Assembly (NCBI GenBank): GCA_000320545.1
Contig: ADNK01001562.1
Span: forward strand, 1 to 37,281
Reading direction: 5' to 3'
DNA: 37,281 nt
Source of the DNA: Bigelowiella natans CCMP2755
Lineage: Eukaryota > Protista > Cercozoa
Of the stretch, positions 1 to 13,911 are shown piece after piece. Both the position numbers and the translations under genes were made by a program. Position 1 is the stretch's first letter. Each line of letters starts with the position of its first letter. Under the pieces are notes generated by a model. That model was not told where the DNA came from, did not search any database, and saw only the letters and a list, made by a program, of their open reading frames with translations.

Positions 1-475
1 TATATATATATATATATATATATAATATTCAAATGATGAACTTCAGGAGGACATTAGCAAATGAACCCAACGATAGCTTGCCCCCTGCTGCAATGCAGAC
101 GCAGCCAGAGCCCATATGCGGAAGGGCAAATCGCCCACGATGTCGCGACTGATGCACTGCTGGCTGCGCGTTCAACTACTACCTTAATGTCGGGGAATTT
201 CCTAGTGAGCGGGGGCAGAGAGATCCTGGGGAAGCGTATCGAGGGGAGCCTCAGCTTGGGAACGATTTTACACGTTTGCGGCACATCGTCATCGTCGCCA
301 TCGACGTGACAGCCCGACCCCCCTCTCTTCCATCCATGACGCTGTCGCGACGGCATTTGGGTTGGATGCCGGGAACCGTGACGGGGACGCTCTTTGCCGA
401 TAGCTGTTGGTTGCGATGAGTGGCGTTTGCGAATGGTATGTGGGGATGTAATCAAAGTATTACTTTAATATACAC

Positions 476-476
<1 letters not shown>

Positions 477-525
<49 letters not shown>
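477..525. repeat. Compound microsatellite (TA)n(TG)n, representative of dozens of intronic SSRs in the window
   Basis: Directly visible. Similar compound tracts at about 16320-16390, 17404-17463 and 17772-17832. Confidence 0.95.
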
Positions 526-639
526 ACATGTATAATATAGATGCAGCAAGAATCATCAAAGCATCCTCTTGAGCTTTGGAACGTGGGGTTAGGTGTGTAT
601 ATATAGAACTATGTATACTTGTACTGCTACTTGAGTGAC

Positions 640-1574
640 CTGCACTGGCCATATCTTCACCTCCAACTTTACCACTTTATAGGCACACATGATCGGTCTG
701 CTCGAGAGAGCGATTGGTCGATTCATTGGTTTGGGGGAGAGTACATGCCCAGCAAGGGGTCGGTCATGGTAGGTAATGACAGCCCCCATAGTCACGGGGA
801 AATTGGCAAATATAACTTACTTATGTGAAGCTGCAAATTGTTACTACTTATCATTGCTAGTATCATTATCATTGTTAGCATCACTATCATTACTATTCAA
901 GTATCAATATCGTAATGCATTCCATGGTCTCACCTCGAATCACCCTTTCGCTCTAGCCAATCCTCGGGCAGCGGTCCCCTCTCCGCAGCCTTTTCGCGAC
1001 AGGAAAAGAGCGCACATACACACACAAATACACAGAAGGACAACAAAGAGACCAGTCATCATCAGATGTTCTGCTGTGCTCTTTGTGTTTACAACAGCCT
1101 GGGCGAACTTAAGAGCTTACTCGATTTCACCCCCCCCCCCCCCATCCCCCCCCCCCCCCCCCATTAGCATCACCTTCTCTGTTTTCGGGACGAATTCCCT
1201 GGGTAGCGGCACGCCCTTGACGCTTTCCACATCGCGGATGTTGATTCGTTTCACCTAATATTGCATTGAAAGTTAAGCTCCTCGCGAACGCGACGCCACT
1301 CATCGATATTTTTGTTGTCTGGGGTAAAAATCCCCAGCTTTTGTGCAAGTGTTATTGCCGAAGAAAAGGGCTTGAGGACAGGCCGAGCGCCGGTCACGTA
1401 TCATCTTTATGCAGAGCAGGGCATTTGCTACATAAAGGGCCACCACCGTGCGGTTTTTCAGCAGATCCTCCGGCAAATCAAGTGCATTCTCCAAGTGGCC
1501 TGTGTCGTTGTCGAGATGCATGGAAAGCACCTCCATCTTGAACCTATCTCCCAGCAACTTACACCTACCAACAC

Positions 1575-1605
<31 letters not shown>

Positions 1606-1671
1606 TGTTTTCAAAAATGTATCCCTAAAATATGGAAACACTCTCTCCCCCCCCCCCTCCCTCTCTCTTTC

Positions 1672-1714
<43 letters not shown>

Positions 1715-2961
1715 TACGCAAACAAACAAATTCGTGCATACGCAAGCATCTTCATAACATAAAGACGTAATAAACCGCAACAGCATAACACCGACGAAGA
1801 GGGAATCAACAAAAGGCCGCCATATCCGTATTTTTAAGCTAAATACAAAGCCTCTTCTCTCCTCACACGTCAAAACGATAAGTGTAGCAGGTGGTAAAGA
1901 AAGAAGCTCACTCGTAAACGGTTCTGCAGTATGGAAAAGCGTTCCACGATTTCTCCTCCAAGGTCGTCCCCCTCAGTGCGGGAACAAAGGTCTTAATCCA
2001 TTCCGGAAGTCTCCGGCTTACGTGAAAGACTGATGATGATGACGATGATGGTGATGATGATGATGACTCGACTAGCTCATCACAGTTTTAGCTTTTAGAC
2101 GTAGGACCAGAATACTCAATTTAACACGAAGAAGGCAATCAGCCAGCAATAGACGCAAGGGCACAAAATTAGGCAATAAGCAGCAACCGAAGAACAACTA
2201 TATTCACATCGAAACACATAGCTAAGATCGTAGTGAGCAATTCTCGCTGTAGTAGCAGCAGCCATCACACGTCCTTTCTTGTTGCTTTACAATGGTATTA
2301 TAAAGGAAAACCACCTTTGTGTGTAAACTGTCCCTTCAGCTTTCCGTCATCAAACGGCTCGCTTGTTAGAACATCCACTTTATCGCCTACAAAACGGATT
2401 AGTACAAATTAAAACCACCCACTCACTACCCATAAAATGATAGAATAGGAGAGAGACTTCCCGCTTTATGCAGGACAATAACTATCTCTTCGTTAACCAT
2501 TCAAATGATACAAAAAACTATTCCTTCAGGTTCAAAGGCTATTCGGTACGGACTGATGGTACAATAGTAGAACTGCATCGTCGCATGTGCTACAACCTGT
2601 TCCCTTCAGGGATAGCTCTTCCGAACACCGAGTCACGACATAAGGAAGGGCAGTCTGGGTGCAAAGTTTGGTGTGGTGCGCAATGTTATTAGAACCAAAG
2701 TCTCCCATATCTCCCAAATCAAACTAAAAGCTGGGCTTGCGAACAACACGGTATGATTATGCGTCCAGCATTGAAAGTTTAGAAGTTTAATCCAAGGATT
2801 GAATCTTCCCTCAATCGCAGCGGCAGAAAAGTCAATAGGTAATTCTTATCGGAACTACTTGCAACTATGAGAAATAATAAACACTTTAGTCAGATATTTA
2901 TTACCTTGAATTCTTCTGTCCGAAGCGGTAAGGGCACCCGAAACTCCACCACCTTTGGCAT
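640..2961 (-). CDS. PITP: Phosphatidylinositol transfer protein (IP_trans/PITP, class I-like); at least 8 exons, 3' end unresolved
   Basis: Phase-consistent GT-AG exons: 2961-2905 (MPKVVEFRVPLPLRTEEFK), 2654-2597, 2386-2315 (GDKVDVLTSEPFDDGKLKGQFTHK), 2029-1912 (VFHVSRRLPEW...LEEKSWNAFPYCRTVYE), 1564-1447, 1254-1174, 989-934 (RGPLPEDW) and 697-640 (PIMCAYKVVKLEVKIW). These match the PITP motifs EYRVxLP, GQYTHKIYH, EKAWNAYPYCRT, RGPL and MCAYKLV. Confidence 0.93.
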
Positions 2962-4407
2962 TCTCTCACTTTCCCTTTGGCTTCTAATTTTTCGCGGAAA
3001 AATACATTTCTGATGGGAATGAGCATGACACTAATTCTGAAAGAGCGTCATTCCGACGACACATCATTCTCGTGGAAATCTTCGCCACGCAGGGGTGGAA
3101 AAATATTTTCGAAGGCGGGATATCCTCAGTAAGGAAACGTTTCTATATCTAAGGTCAACATGTTCTGGCTATTGGATCGACCAACAAATCGCCGTGCTGA
3201 AAATGTGGATGACGTGAACGAAATCCATATTTCCGTACATTCGCGCTTCAATTACAACAGGAATAGAGAGGGGGGGACACCAGTCGACAATATCGACACA
3301 TTTTATACGAATAAAGAACGAATTTACCTGCGCCAACTACGGGAAAAACCACCTTCTCGGCCAGAAAAAGAAAACAAAGGGTTTAGCCCCTTCAGGCACC
3401 CATTATCATCTAGGATTCCAGTGGAGGGAGTTTAAATTTCTAAATCTTGAGTCTATAAATCCATGCGACATCTAAGAATTATTGTCGCAGAGTAAATCGC
3501 CCCACGTACGATATGATGTCCAGTATGGGAGTTTCGGCAGTGCGACTTCTCTTACTGTGTCATTTTAGTTGATGGCCTTCGGTGACATTAATATAAAAAT
3601 TAAAAATGTATTAACACAAAAAAGGTCAGATTCAAAATGGAACAATTCACGAAAAAGACATTGTGCAATATTCTTCATCAGTGCCACATTCTCTGTTCTG
3701 TTAAATATTTTTTTATCAAATAGAATGTAATATCTAGGTTATGATAATCTCGGAATGGCTCCCTTCTTCTGAAATTATTCTAAGACAAGATACGTTGTTT
3801 CACTGACGCGGTTTCTGAAAACGAATACCAAACGCCGTTTTTTTTTGCTGTACGTCTTGTAATTACTGATGTCTCATACATATTTTCAAAGGCATTTCCA
3901 TTTTTTCCATGTCGACTGCACTCCTGCTAGGTTCCTTTTAAAAGTCTGCGACAATCATAAAAGGATGTCGTTCTATTTCCGCGTCATGAATTTTATACAT
4001 TTACCCGGCCGGTGCAAGCATTTATATCCGGTCACGGTGGCCATCGCTCGAGGTGGAAGCGGATAAGCAAGCCTTTCTGCAAAGGTGACGCCCATTCTCC
4101 ACTTCTCGCCATCTGGCTAGAGCCTTGTGATCTATCCAGCGTGCATAGTTTTGAAACGGGTCAAACGTTGGGAGCTATTTACCGAAGAATGATGTTGTTC
4201 GATGGTGAAGATCAGCGAACTGTAGAGCACGAACTCATTATCAGTTTGAAGGAGAATTTCGATAATACATGCATATTTTCGCTATGAACTAGTGAGATCT
4301 CTGTGTATTTTGAAGAATAGGAGTGAGGCCTACTATCTTGCTATCATATAACCCCTGTTTTGCGGCAAATCAGTTGAGAAAGAGGAAGATCTAAGCGAAG
4401 GAATAAG

Positions 4408-6694
4408 ATGGGTGCATTAGAATTTGACTTTGCCCAGGTTCGCAATAGAAACCCCTCTTCAAGACAGCACATATCGCTGATGTTGCATCCACCGCAGGTG
4501 TGCTTCCAGTACATGAGGCTGATTCGCTTCTACAACCACACAAACTTCTTAATCGTGGCTTTCGGAGCGTTCACTTTAGGCGGGAACATGACATACGACA
4601 CGTTGAAGGACCTCCTCGTTTTGTATTTCTCCTTCAATATAGGGCTATATGGCGGAATTTACGCTCTCAATGCGGTCAGTCAGTCTCCCGCTTAATGCCA
4701 ACAATGGGGAGGGAGGGAGAAGGATGAAAATGTGATTTCCCCCCCCCCACACGGCAGGTTTCGGATGCTGAGGACGATGCAAGAAATCCCAACAAGCGCG
4801 ACAGGCCGATCCCATCAGGGGCTGTGAGCGTTGAAGGGGCGTTGGTCTTCATTACATTCTTATGGTAAGCATTCATTCGTACATCATAGGAAGGATAGGA
4901 AACGATACGAGAACAGTCCAAGTTCGTTCGAGAGTGAAAGCACCGGATCATCAATCACCTAGACACATCCCGTTTACGCTCCCCAACACTCATATTCTTT
5001 TTAATATACCCAGGACGTTTGCCTTCATTTCCTCGTTTATGTACTTCGAAACGGTGGACTATATCCTCTACTATCTTGCCTTCATCCTCGTGAACATTGC
5101 ATATTCCTTCTACTTGAAGGTAGCAGTAAGCTGTTTTCCTTGCCCCTCTCCACCTTCCTGCGCCGTTCTAATAGTAGGGGAAGTTCCTCGTATATATTTG
5201 CTCATTCTCGTCGCTGTTTTGGCTTACGTTCAGCAAATGAAGTACATACGATTCTTTTCTGCTGCGGTCACGTCGCCACTGCGACTTCATATGGGGGTGA
5301 GCAGCATTATTCAATGGAAATATACGATATATGGACACACACACACACACGCGCGCGCGCGCGTCTAAATGAGTACTGGAAATTGTACTTGCAATACTTA
5401 GCAAAACAACACACAGCGTCAAGTTATTCGCAACTAAGTGCTTTGATCGCTGCATATCCCACCACGACGCCCATGTTATCAGGCTTTGATCACAAACACA
5501 TCGGTACCTTGGACGGCCGCCATCATCGTCTTCTGCTTCATGGTAAGTGACTCTTTAAGAACCGGGCAGTAGACCCATTCTTTGGAAAAACTGTTACCTT
5601 CCCACCGCTCCCCGCCCCCCTCCTGGCCCTCTTCCCACGAAATCACCATAACTTTCCTCTCCCCATCTTCTCCGTTATCTTCTCTCACCATACTGAGCAT
5701 CAAGAACTAAATGCTATGTTGGTTTGTGTGTCCTGCAGGCATGTGTGCAATGCACGAAAACTAAGCTTGAGAAGAAGTTGCAGTTTAAGGTGAGAGATTT
5801 GACCGGGGTGGTAAAAATGAGTGGGGGGGGGGGGGGGGGGCTAACGATACAGCGCAGCCATAAAACACGCGGTAGAACGTAAGCCATTGGCTCACTCTCC
5901 CCCACCCCCTCAAGAGAGACTGAAGATATTATGGCTTTCGCGTCATTTTGATTCCATTCACGTAGGAGTGCAACGGGTGGCCGCCCATGCGGTTGGAAGC
6001 GCTCTGTCTTTTCGGGATAGCAAGCTGCATGATCATCCAGGCTACGACAATGGTACGTAACCTGTGCATCGATGCAGTGGTGATTGATTGCGGCGACTTG
6101 GCAGCAGCGCGGTGCGCGATGACGCCCCGTTGCGTAGCAGCGAGGCCACGTCACCTCGTGAGGACAGCCCATCTCTACATGGTGCAGTAGAATAACAAGT
6201 GTCAGCCTGGTGAAGTTGCTTCCAGCATCCCTCCCCCAGCATCATCATCATATTCTTCTTCTTCTTCTTCTTCTTCTTCTTCTTCTTCTTCCTCTTCATG
6301 ATGGTTTATCTCGGTTCTTCTCCATCTTCAGGTGCCTGCTCACCACGGTTATTTAATGATTTCGGGTGTTTCAACGCTATTCTTCCTCGGGGCCAGTCAT
6401 TTCAGCAGGTGTGCGAATATAGTGACACCGCTATTGCTGCAGCAGCCCTGGGAAACACGCAAAAAAATGCACAGCCTCTCCCCGTTGGTCCTTACGAGAC
6501 GGATTAGTAGCTTGTTTGGGAGAGGAGGGGTGTGTAGGGAGAGTACACAGTAGTGTGTTTAGAGAGCGATTTCAATGAACCCAAAACAAAACTGATTTTG
6601 CGCACGTGTGTGTCGTGGTTGATTACGTTGCTGCAGCTCTTGCGCCTCCGTCCTTATCGGCGCGGATGTAACACAGAAGCCGAAGAATATGTAA
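4408..6694 (+). CDS. UbiA-superfamily prenyltransferase-like membrane protein, 10 exons, about 271 aa
   Basis: Exons 4408-4437, 4498-4674, 4758-4864, 5014-5119, 5234-5296, 5483-5542, 5739-5789, 5966-6052, 6332-6408 and 6637-6694 splice in frame from ATG to TAA. Contains YALNAVSDAEDDARNPNKRDRPIPSGAVS (UbiA NDxxDxxxD...RPxxSG motif), AYSFYLK, LRLHMG and several hydrophobic helices. Confidence 0.88.
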
Positions 6695-6717
6695 ATGATC
6701 TCACACCATCATCGTCG

Positions 6718-6750
<33 letters not shown>

Positions 6751-7064
6751 CACGTTTGGCGAGGAGGAAGAAGATGCTGTTGATCAAAACTTCCCCGGGT
6801 GCAGGGAAAGCAGCAAGAATGTATTAATTTCAAGATCTTGCGCCTCTTCATCTAATTACGAGGAGGGTGAGGACGGTGGTGATTGTTGAAGAAGGGCTAT
6901 TGATAGCTCCGTTTTATTGCTTTGGGAAATCGACGCACACAATGTCAAAGTGCTGTGATGAGAGATTTGATTCCACCCTCACCCCTGTGGCCCAACCTAC
7001 CTATTCTATTCATACTTAATTAATGTGTTACAATGTCGTCTGTCTATAATTATACAACATATAG

Positions 7065-7096
<32 letters not shown>

Positions 7097-7135
7097 TGTA
7101 TCGTGTGAGTACTTCCTCAAAATGACAGAAATTTT

Positions 7136-7171
<36 letters not shown>

Positions 7172-7369
7172 GAGTATTTGCTACTACTCGAAATGTGTTC
7201 ATTCTCAACTGGGATGCGCTACCAAAGAGCGTACCAGGCTGTAGAATGCTCGTTTTATTGTGTTTGTACGTCACTGAAGAATAATGTCATGAGGACCTTA
7301 AAAAAAAATACTACATATACAACAACGGACAGCTTTACTGCATGCCGTGTCCCTTTCTGCATTTGTGCT

Positions 7370-8640
7370 CTGTCTACGCGCGTGTGCATTGATCGAGCAT
7401 GCGCAAATGATAGAAACGACAGCATCGTGTGATCTAGACTAGCTACTCTGCGAGCTGTGAATGGGTCTGTCCAGCCGCATGGGAGTTGTTCTAGTTGTTG
7501 TCGTAGCAGGCAGGCAGAGGACGAGCGTAGCAGGATCGATCATTCAGCTACATGTCTAACCATGCTATTACATGGCTAGCACAAGCTAGCAAGTCCGTCA
7601 AACCTGTAACGAATCGCCAGAATGTGCATTTCGAAGCTTTTGCGCGCGGCGACCAAGGGCGTCATGTGATGCAATGGACATTGGATTTGCTCGCATTTCT
7701 TTGAAATTTTTCGTGCATATCACGTTTGGTCAAACGCACACGCAAAAGCATTCAAAATGTGGCAGAGAACAAACGCGCAGCGTGCATCCGCTGCACAACG
7801 GGTGTGAATTTTCACACTTTGAGGCCTTGAAAATGGATATTTTGGTCAACATTTCGGTCATTTTTTGAGGTTTGGCCATCGGACAAGTTCTGATGACTTT
7901 TCTTTGACTAACTGCAACTGCCTGCTGCTTCAAAGCGCGTCGCAAAGAGCTGCACTGTTCACAACCCCGTCGTTACCGGGTTTGACGGACTTGTGAGCTA
8001 GCTAGCTAGACTAGTAGATTGCACTGTACTAGTGCATGCTAGCATGCTATCTAGCTATGCATGTGCATCTTCATTCCTGAATATGCGTGTAGCTTAGACG
8101 ACATTATTCTATTCGTGGTCCATTTCATGCTAGCATGCATGCGCTTACTAGCTAGCATTGATCACACAACGCTAGAACTAGAGGACGCGGTCTAGGCGGT
8201 GCGCATGCTGCATGCTTCTTTTTCTGAATCATACATTGAATCGAATGGTGCGCGCACTGCGTACAAACGCCTCGCTAGCTCGGCACATGTATTAGCAGAC
8301 ACATGATGCACACATCTCTAGATCTAGACATGCTAGCATGTTAGCCAGCTAGCTTACAGAGTTCAACACACTGGTACAGCACGGCTAGCTAGCTAGACCG
8401 TGCTAGCGTGACTGCGATCACATGCTCACATTCTGCCCTTCGTAAGACAATCTAGCAATAAGTCGCACGATGACGACGGCATTCTAGCGCGCCTCATTTA
8501 CATGTACATTTTTGTAGATTTGTACGTAACGCTACAACACTAGAACACTACACGCTAGCACGCGCACATACATCTAGACATGTTGACTGAACAATTTCCC
8601 ATATCTCTGTGCAGCTGTGCATGTATCATCACGCCGTGAC
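7370..8640. other. TpA-depleted, CTAG/CATG/TGCA-rich intergenic island 1
   Basis: Dense GCTAGC, GCATGC and TGCA words. Only 4 TA dinucleotides in 7621-7980 by hand count. Boundaries are gradual and approximate. Confidence 0.75.
7590..7993. mobile_element. Non-autonomous TIR element (MITE), 404 bp
   Basis: Left end CAAGTCCGTCAAACCTGTAACGA (7590-7612) versus reverse complement of the right end (7970-7993) CAAGTCCGTCAAACCCGGTAACGA: first 15 nt identical, then a shared GTAACGA. No coding capacity. No clean TSD. Confidence 0.75.
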
Positions 8641-8815
8641 TAATGAGAATTTGCATATTATATAGCATTATGTTTGTAGCATTCAACTATATCATATATA
8701 CGTATGTCTATTGTTTCATTACATACATATATAAGCAGCGGATAGCACATGATGACGATCATCACTACCTCTGTGTACTTCTATGTACTGCAATGGCAAA
8801 TTTGTTACAATATAC

Positions 8816-8991
8816 TCAAACATGTGGAATCCGTATGCTATTCAAGGCATTAACATACCTAAAAAAAAGAAACACAAAACACACACACACACCACACACA
8901 CACACACACACGCGCGCGCACCACACATCGCACGGGGAGAGTAAGCATCCGCATATAGGATGCGTTACGTTTACACAAATACATGCACACA

Positions 8992-9031
<40 letters not shown>

Positions 9032-9374
9032 TGCAAGCACATCAACCTGTGCGGAAAATGATCTGTGAACATGTTTGCAGTGACGCGTATCTCCGAGAAA
9101 GTGGCCACATCAGCAGGATAGCTAAGAAATAGGAGCATAAAGGAGCGCGTCTTAAAGTAGAGAAGAACGGGGGAAAAACATAAGTTGAGGAGGAAAAACG
9201 CTTCTTTGTAAAACCCCTGAAAATTCTATGCTATCTCCCTTCGTAATGAACCGCCGATGCTCGCAACGTTGGGCACTGTCACCATATTTAAGATAATGCT
9301 CCGGTTTCGGCATGTAATTATATTAAATTGTGTGTGCATGCGAGTGTGCATGTGTGTGTGTGTGTGTGTGTGCA

Positions 9375-9407
<33 letters not shown>

Positions 9408-10023
9408 TATAATTGAATGAGATTGTTTTTATGCAACAATTCATGTTTCTTTCGTTTCTTTCATGGGTGTGTTTTATTTTACATGACGGCATCGTAAGCG
9501 ACTTGTGGAGAGCACGACGAATGAGACAATGGCCATCGTAGACACGAATTACTGCCATAAACATCCGGGCAGAATAGTTAAGAACTCTGTCAGCACTGGA
9601 AATAGCCCAACACGCCTCCTCAATGATGACGAGATAAAATGCTGGGTTACGAATCCATGGTATATATTGAATTGAAACCAATGATAGTTTTTGGTTCTCG
9701 TTACAACGACAAGGAAAGTATTTTTATCCTTTCTCACTCTCTCTCCCCCCCTCCTCGTGTTGTCATCAAAAGCATCTTGTCCTCCTCTTCCTCCTCCTCC
9801 TCCTCCTCCTCCGGCTCATCATCATCATCGTCATCATCATCATCTTTGATGTCATTTATCACCAGCACAACGGGCAGAAAGGATAGGCCTTCGGTGTCCC
9901 CAACATGTGAAACACCCTTCCCGGTATGACCTGGAGAGCAATGGAGAACAGTGAACACAGGCAAGAGAATCTCAATACTGAGACTACTCGCAATCTAAAC
10001 CGAAATTCAAAGAGAGTGGGAGG

Positions 10024-10060
<37 letters not shown>

Positions 10061-10651
10061 GAGCCGATAAACACGGATGTAAAGGGGGATAGAGATTTGA
10101 AAAAAAAAGCAAAATCTATCCCAGATTTACTATAACATAGCCGAGAACTATGGTGAAAAGAGTAGCAATAAAAGCAAAAGAGCTGCTGCTGCTGTGGTAT
10201 CTGCCTTCATCTCATAAAACTACCAGTGGGGGTACTTTCCCCTCGTCAATCGTGTGCCTATCAGTTAAGTAGAAGACATCAAACAAATATGTGTTCTTCT
10301 CCCTCGCCCCCCCCCCCCCCCCAGCCCCCCCCTCCCCCCTCTTTCTTTCCTCTCGCTCCGTTCTCGTAACCACCTTCCTACGTGAGGGAAATCAAACGTC
10401 TGATAGCGCTTCACATCACAATCCTCCTTTACAGATTAAGAAGAAAGAGAAAGAAGAGAAATGGCAGAGTTGGCATAATAACAGCGCACTACTGCCTCAC
10501 CACCAACCCAAAAATCTACTATAAGGGGAAGATATGCAACGATCAAAAGCAAGTTGAACGTGGATTACTTTAATGCTGACTTCACAAGCAAGGTTACAAC
10601 TGGCCATCACAGTTTCATTCTCTCCCCTCCCCTCCCCTTCCCCCCATCCCC

Positions 10652-10705
<54 letters not shown>

Positions 10706-11002
10706 TGTGCGTGCGTGTGTCGTAAAATTGTCTGCATAATGTGTATGATTTTTAATGCGACGATATTGGCCTTCCGTTGCTACCTTGAGCTCTCTGAAAC
10801 CAGAAAGGACGTTTCGTGCAGGATCAGAGCATCGGCGAAATGACTAAGAAATAAAGCCCAAAAGCTTAACACGGATGGATCCGTACATACTTCACCATAC
10901 TAGCTGCCACCAAAGCTACTACGATATGCGACACGTTGCTATCTCCTGACAGGTTCTCTGAATTGCACACAAACATATGTGCATGTATATGATATTTATA
11001 TA

Positions 11003-11051
<49 letters not shown>

Positions 11052-11864
11052 GTTTGTGTTTATGTTTGTGTGTGTCTACAAATGAAGAATACCGCCAAGG
11101 CTTGCGAGCGCAGCCGAAAGAGTGAGTGGAGACACATCCTACGCAACCACAACTTCAGACTTATACCGCTTCATCTATCTCTTCATAACCACCGTCGGTA
11201 AGAAGCTAGGCAGCATTTATAATCGCGGAACTTCCAAATCGATAAAATTTGAAAAATGACGAAGAAATGATTTTCTTTTTTGAAAAACGGCGATTGAAAA
11301 AGAGCTGGTGATAGCGGCCGGGAAGAACAAATCATATTGGTTATCTTCTACTTATACCGAAGCGGAAGTATCTGCATATTTTCCTCACAAAAACATGCTA
11401 CAAATAATCCTCCTCAGTGCGGGATGGAAATCAACGATGCATTCACCAAATAAAGCTTAGCCCGTCAATAGAAGTGAAAACCACTCTCTACAAATCGCCT
11501 TCAGCAGCAGCTAACCTCGGAACGATATCGTCCCCAAAAGCGACGGAGAACACTTTCCAGCCGGCCTTTTTCTCCTTCGGCATCATAGAGAAAGGATAAA
11601 GAAAAAAGGAAGCAGAGACATTTATCGCCCATCACATGAGAGATGAATGGCGACGTCTAAGCTTAACGAAGATGAGAAATTGAGAAAGAAAAATGACAAC
11701 GAGAGCACGAGGCGGCGAGTGGGAAGCAGAGGAGGAAAAAGACCCAAATTATGCTCGATCTAGTCGAGTGTGGTTGGTTTGATGATCTCCTCACATCATT
11801 TGGAAGATGCTGACTTCTGTCTCTATTTACGCATGGGGAGGGCCCTGAGAAAGAGAATATAGAT

Positions 11865-11909
<45 letters not shown>

Positions 11910-13826
11910 ACCAGTGCGTGTTAGGAGAGCTTGTCGGTGTTTCTTATCATGTGCGTGCATGTGCATGATTGTGTTGTTTTGTGTGAGTGTATGTTTGTGC
12001 GTGTGTTTGAATATGCATTGCAACCTAGGCAGTAGCATTCCACGTTTCGTGTCCTACGAGATAATAAGAATCACCATTTGCTGCTTTTTCAGCAGCACAT
12101 GCGTACACACTCATAACCCCCCTCCCCACGTCTCCCAAAGGCACAACCGCTACTTTGACGTCTTTATCAAATCAGGTTTTGAAGGTATTTATTTTAAAGA
12201 GAGAAAAAATATTGATCTGCGAGCTTGATATTGCAAATATAAGATGGCAAAACGGCGCGAGACATCGATACGTGCATTTGCAGTACACTTCCTCGGTTTA
12301 CGATTCTGATAAATATCTCATCCTTTCCGCCATTCCCCAGCTACTACACCGATCATGCTGCTGCTACCAAGACTTGTCCAAGGAGAGCAGTATTGTCGCC
12401 ACGGTGCCAGCTGAAGCTCCGAGACTGTGGCCTTTTGTTTGCGTATAAACGCGGAACATGAGAGGTTGATGAGGAGGAAGATAATGGTGATAAAGTCTAC
12501 TGAGAATCAACAACGAGCTTTCTTCATCACCATCATTGTCATCACCATCATTCTCATTATGCGAGGAAAATCACCTGTAAAGACGACGCCGTAGTCCTCG
12601 TGGCTTTTGAGAAATCTCTGAAGCTTTTGATTCGCCCTCACTTCTCTAATAATCTGTGGAAGAAGATGGGATAACGTTGGAAAATTATCCTACTATCGCA
12701 TCGTCAAACTCTTATCAACAAAGCAAGATGTGATTCTGCAACACTGTCGTAGACCATAAAAATGACTGGCACTTTCCAATACTTTCTTACTGGGCATTGG
12801 AGTTTGCTTGAAACTGATGTTTGGTTGTATATCATGGCGACAACGACTGCCATGACTGTTTTGGATCGCTTGATGCTGCGTTCAACGCTCAAGAATACAT
12901 GCATGCACTATGCATAAGATGTGAGTTAATGTGTGTACGTGTATATGCTGTATATGCGTGTGTATGTGTATATATATGTGTGTGTGTGTGTATGTGCGTG
13001 CGTGTTTGTGTGCTATAACCCTCTTCGCACACATCAGGAATCCCTCAGGAACGAGAAGTGTCGAGTCTTACAACAACAAAAACGGCGCATACATACAAAA
13101 AAAGGCCGATAGCAGAAGGAGGAGTCACACCAAAGAATGATAGCAAGGGCAAATATCTTAGCGCGGATGAAATGCACAGCGAGCCACTACGCACCATGGG
13201 CGACGAAAGAAGACTTAATTCATCATTTGTTTGTGTTTCTTCTGAACGCATGTACACATGTGTGCGGTGATAATCCGTTTCCTATTATTGTTTCGTCGCT
13301 TCAATGGTTTCATCAAAAATATGTTTGCTCGCCCAAGCGTTCATCATGCGAATACCTTCGGTGATAGGCACGTAGTTCTGTCTTGCATCCGTCGCCATAT
13401 CCTTTGATGGTTGGATGATAGGAGGGAGGGGAAAAGAATGGGGGGGGAGAGGGGACGAATTGAATGACACACGGTGTATTGGCAAACGCACTCCTTTTCC
13501 GCATTATCACAATCTCGTATTTATAACGAATTTTCTCTATATGTAGCCTTGGAAATGGTTTCACTGTTGTCTTGTGAGTGGTTGTATGACATTTCGCTGG
13601 CGCTCATGATTGACAATTGATGCTAACGATGACGCCCATATTTTCATGCAAAGGCCATTTGTTTCTTCGTGAACGGCATCGGGATGAATACAATGCAGCA
13701 GTGCGGCTGGTAATGCTGTGTGCGAACCTGAAATGACATTGTCCCTCTGATAGCAATGACCATTTTCCGCTTCTTGTGATCGGCAACGACGTAGTAGTGC
13801 AGCCTGGAATGATACATACAATTTGT

Positions 13827-13860
<34 letters not shown>

Positions 13861-13870
13861 AATTTCTGAA

Positions 13871-13911
<41 letters not shown>

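Noticed and set aside
3000-4400. Short ORFs in the PITP/UbiA spacer (3160-3435, 3869-4066, 4012-4287)
   Set aside because: No motifs or consistent exon chain; most likely UTR or promoter DNA.
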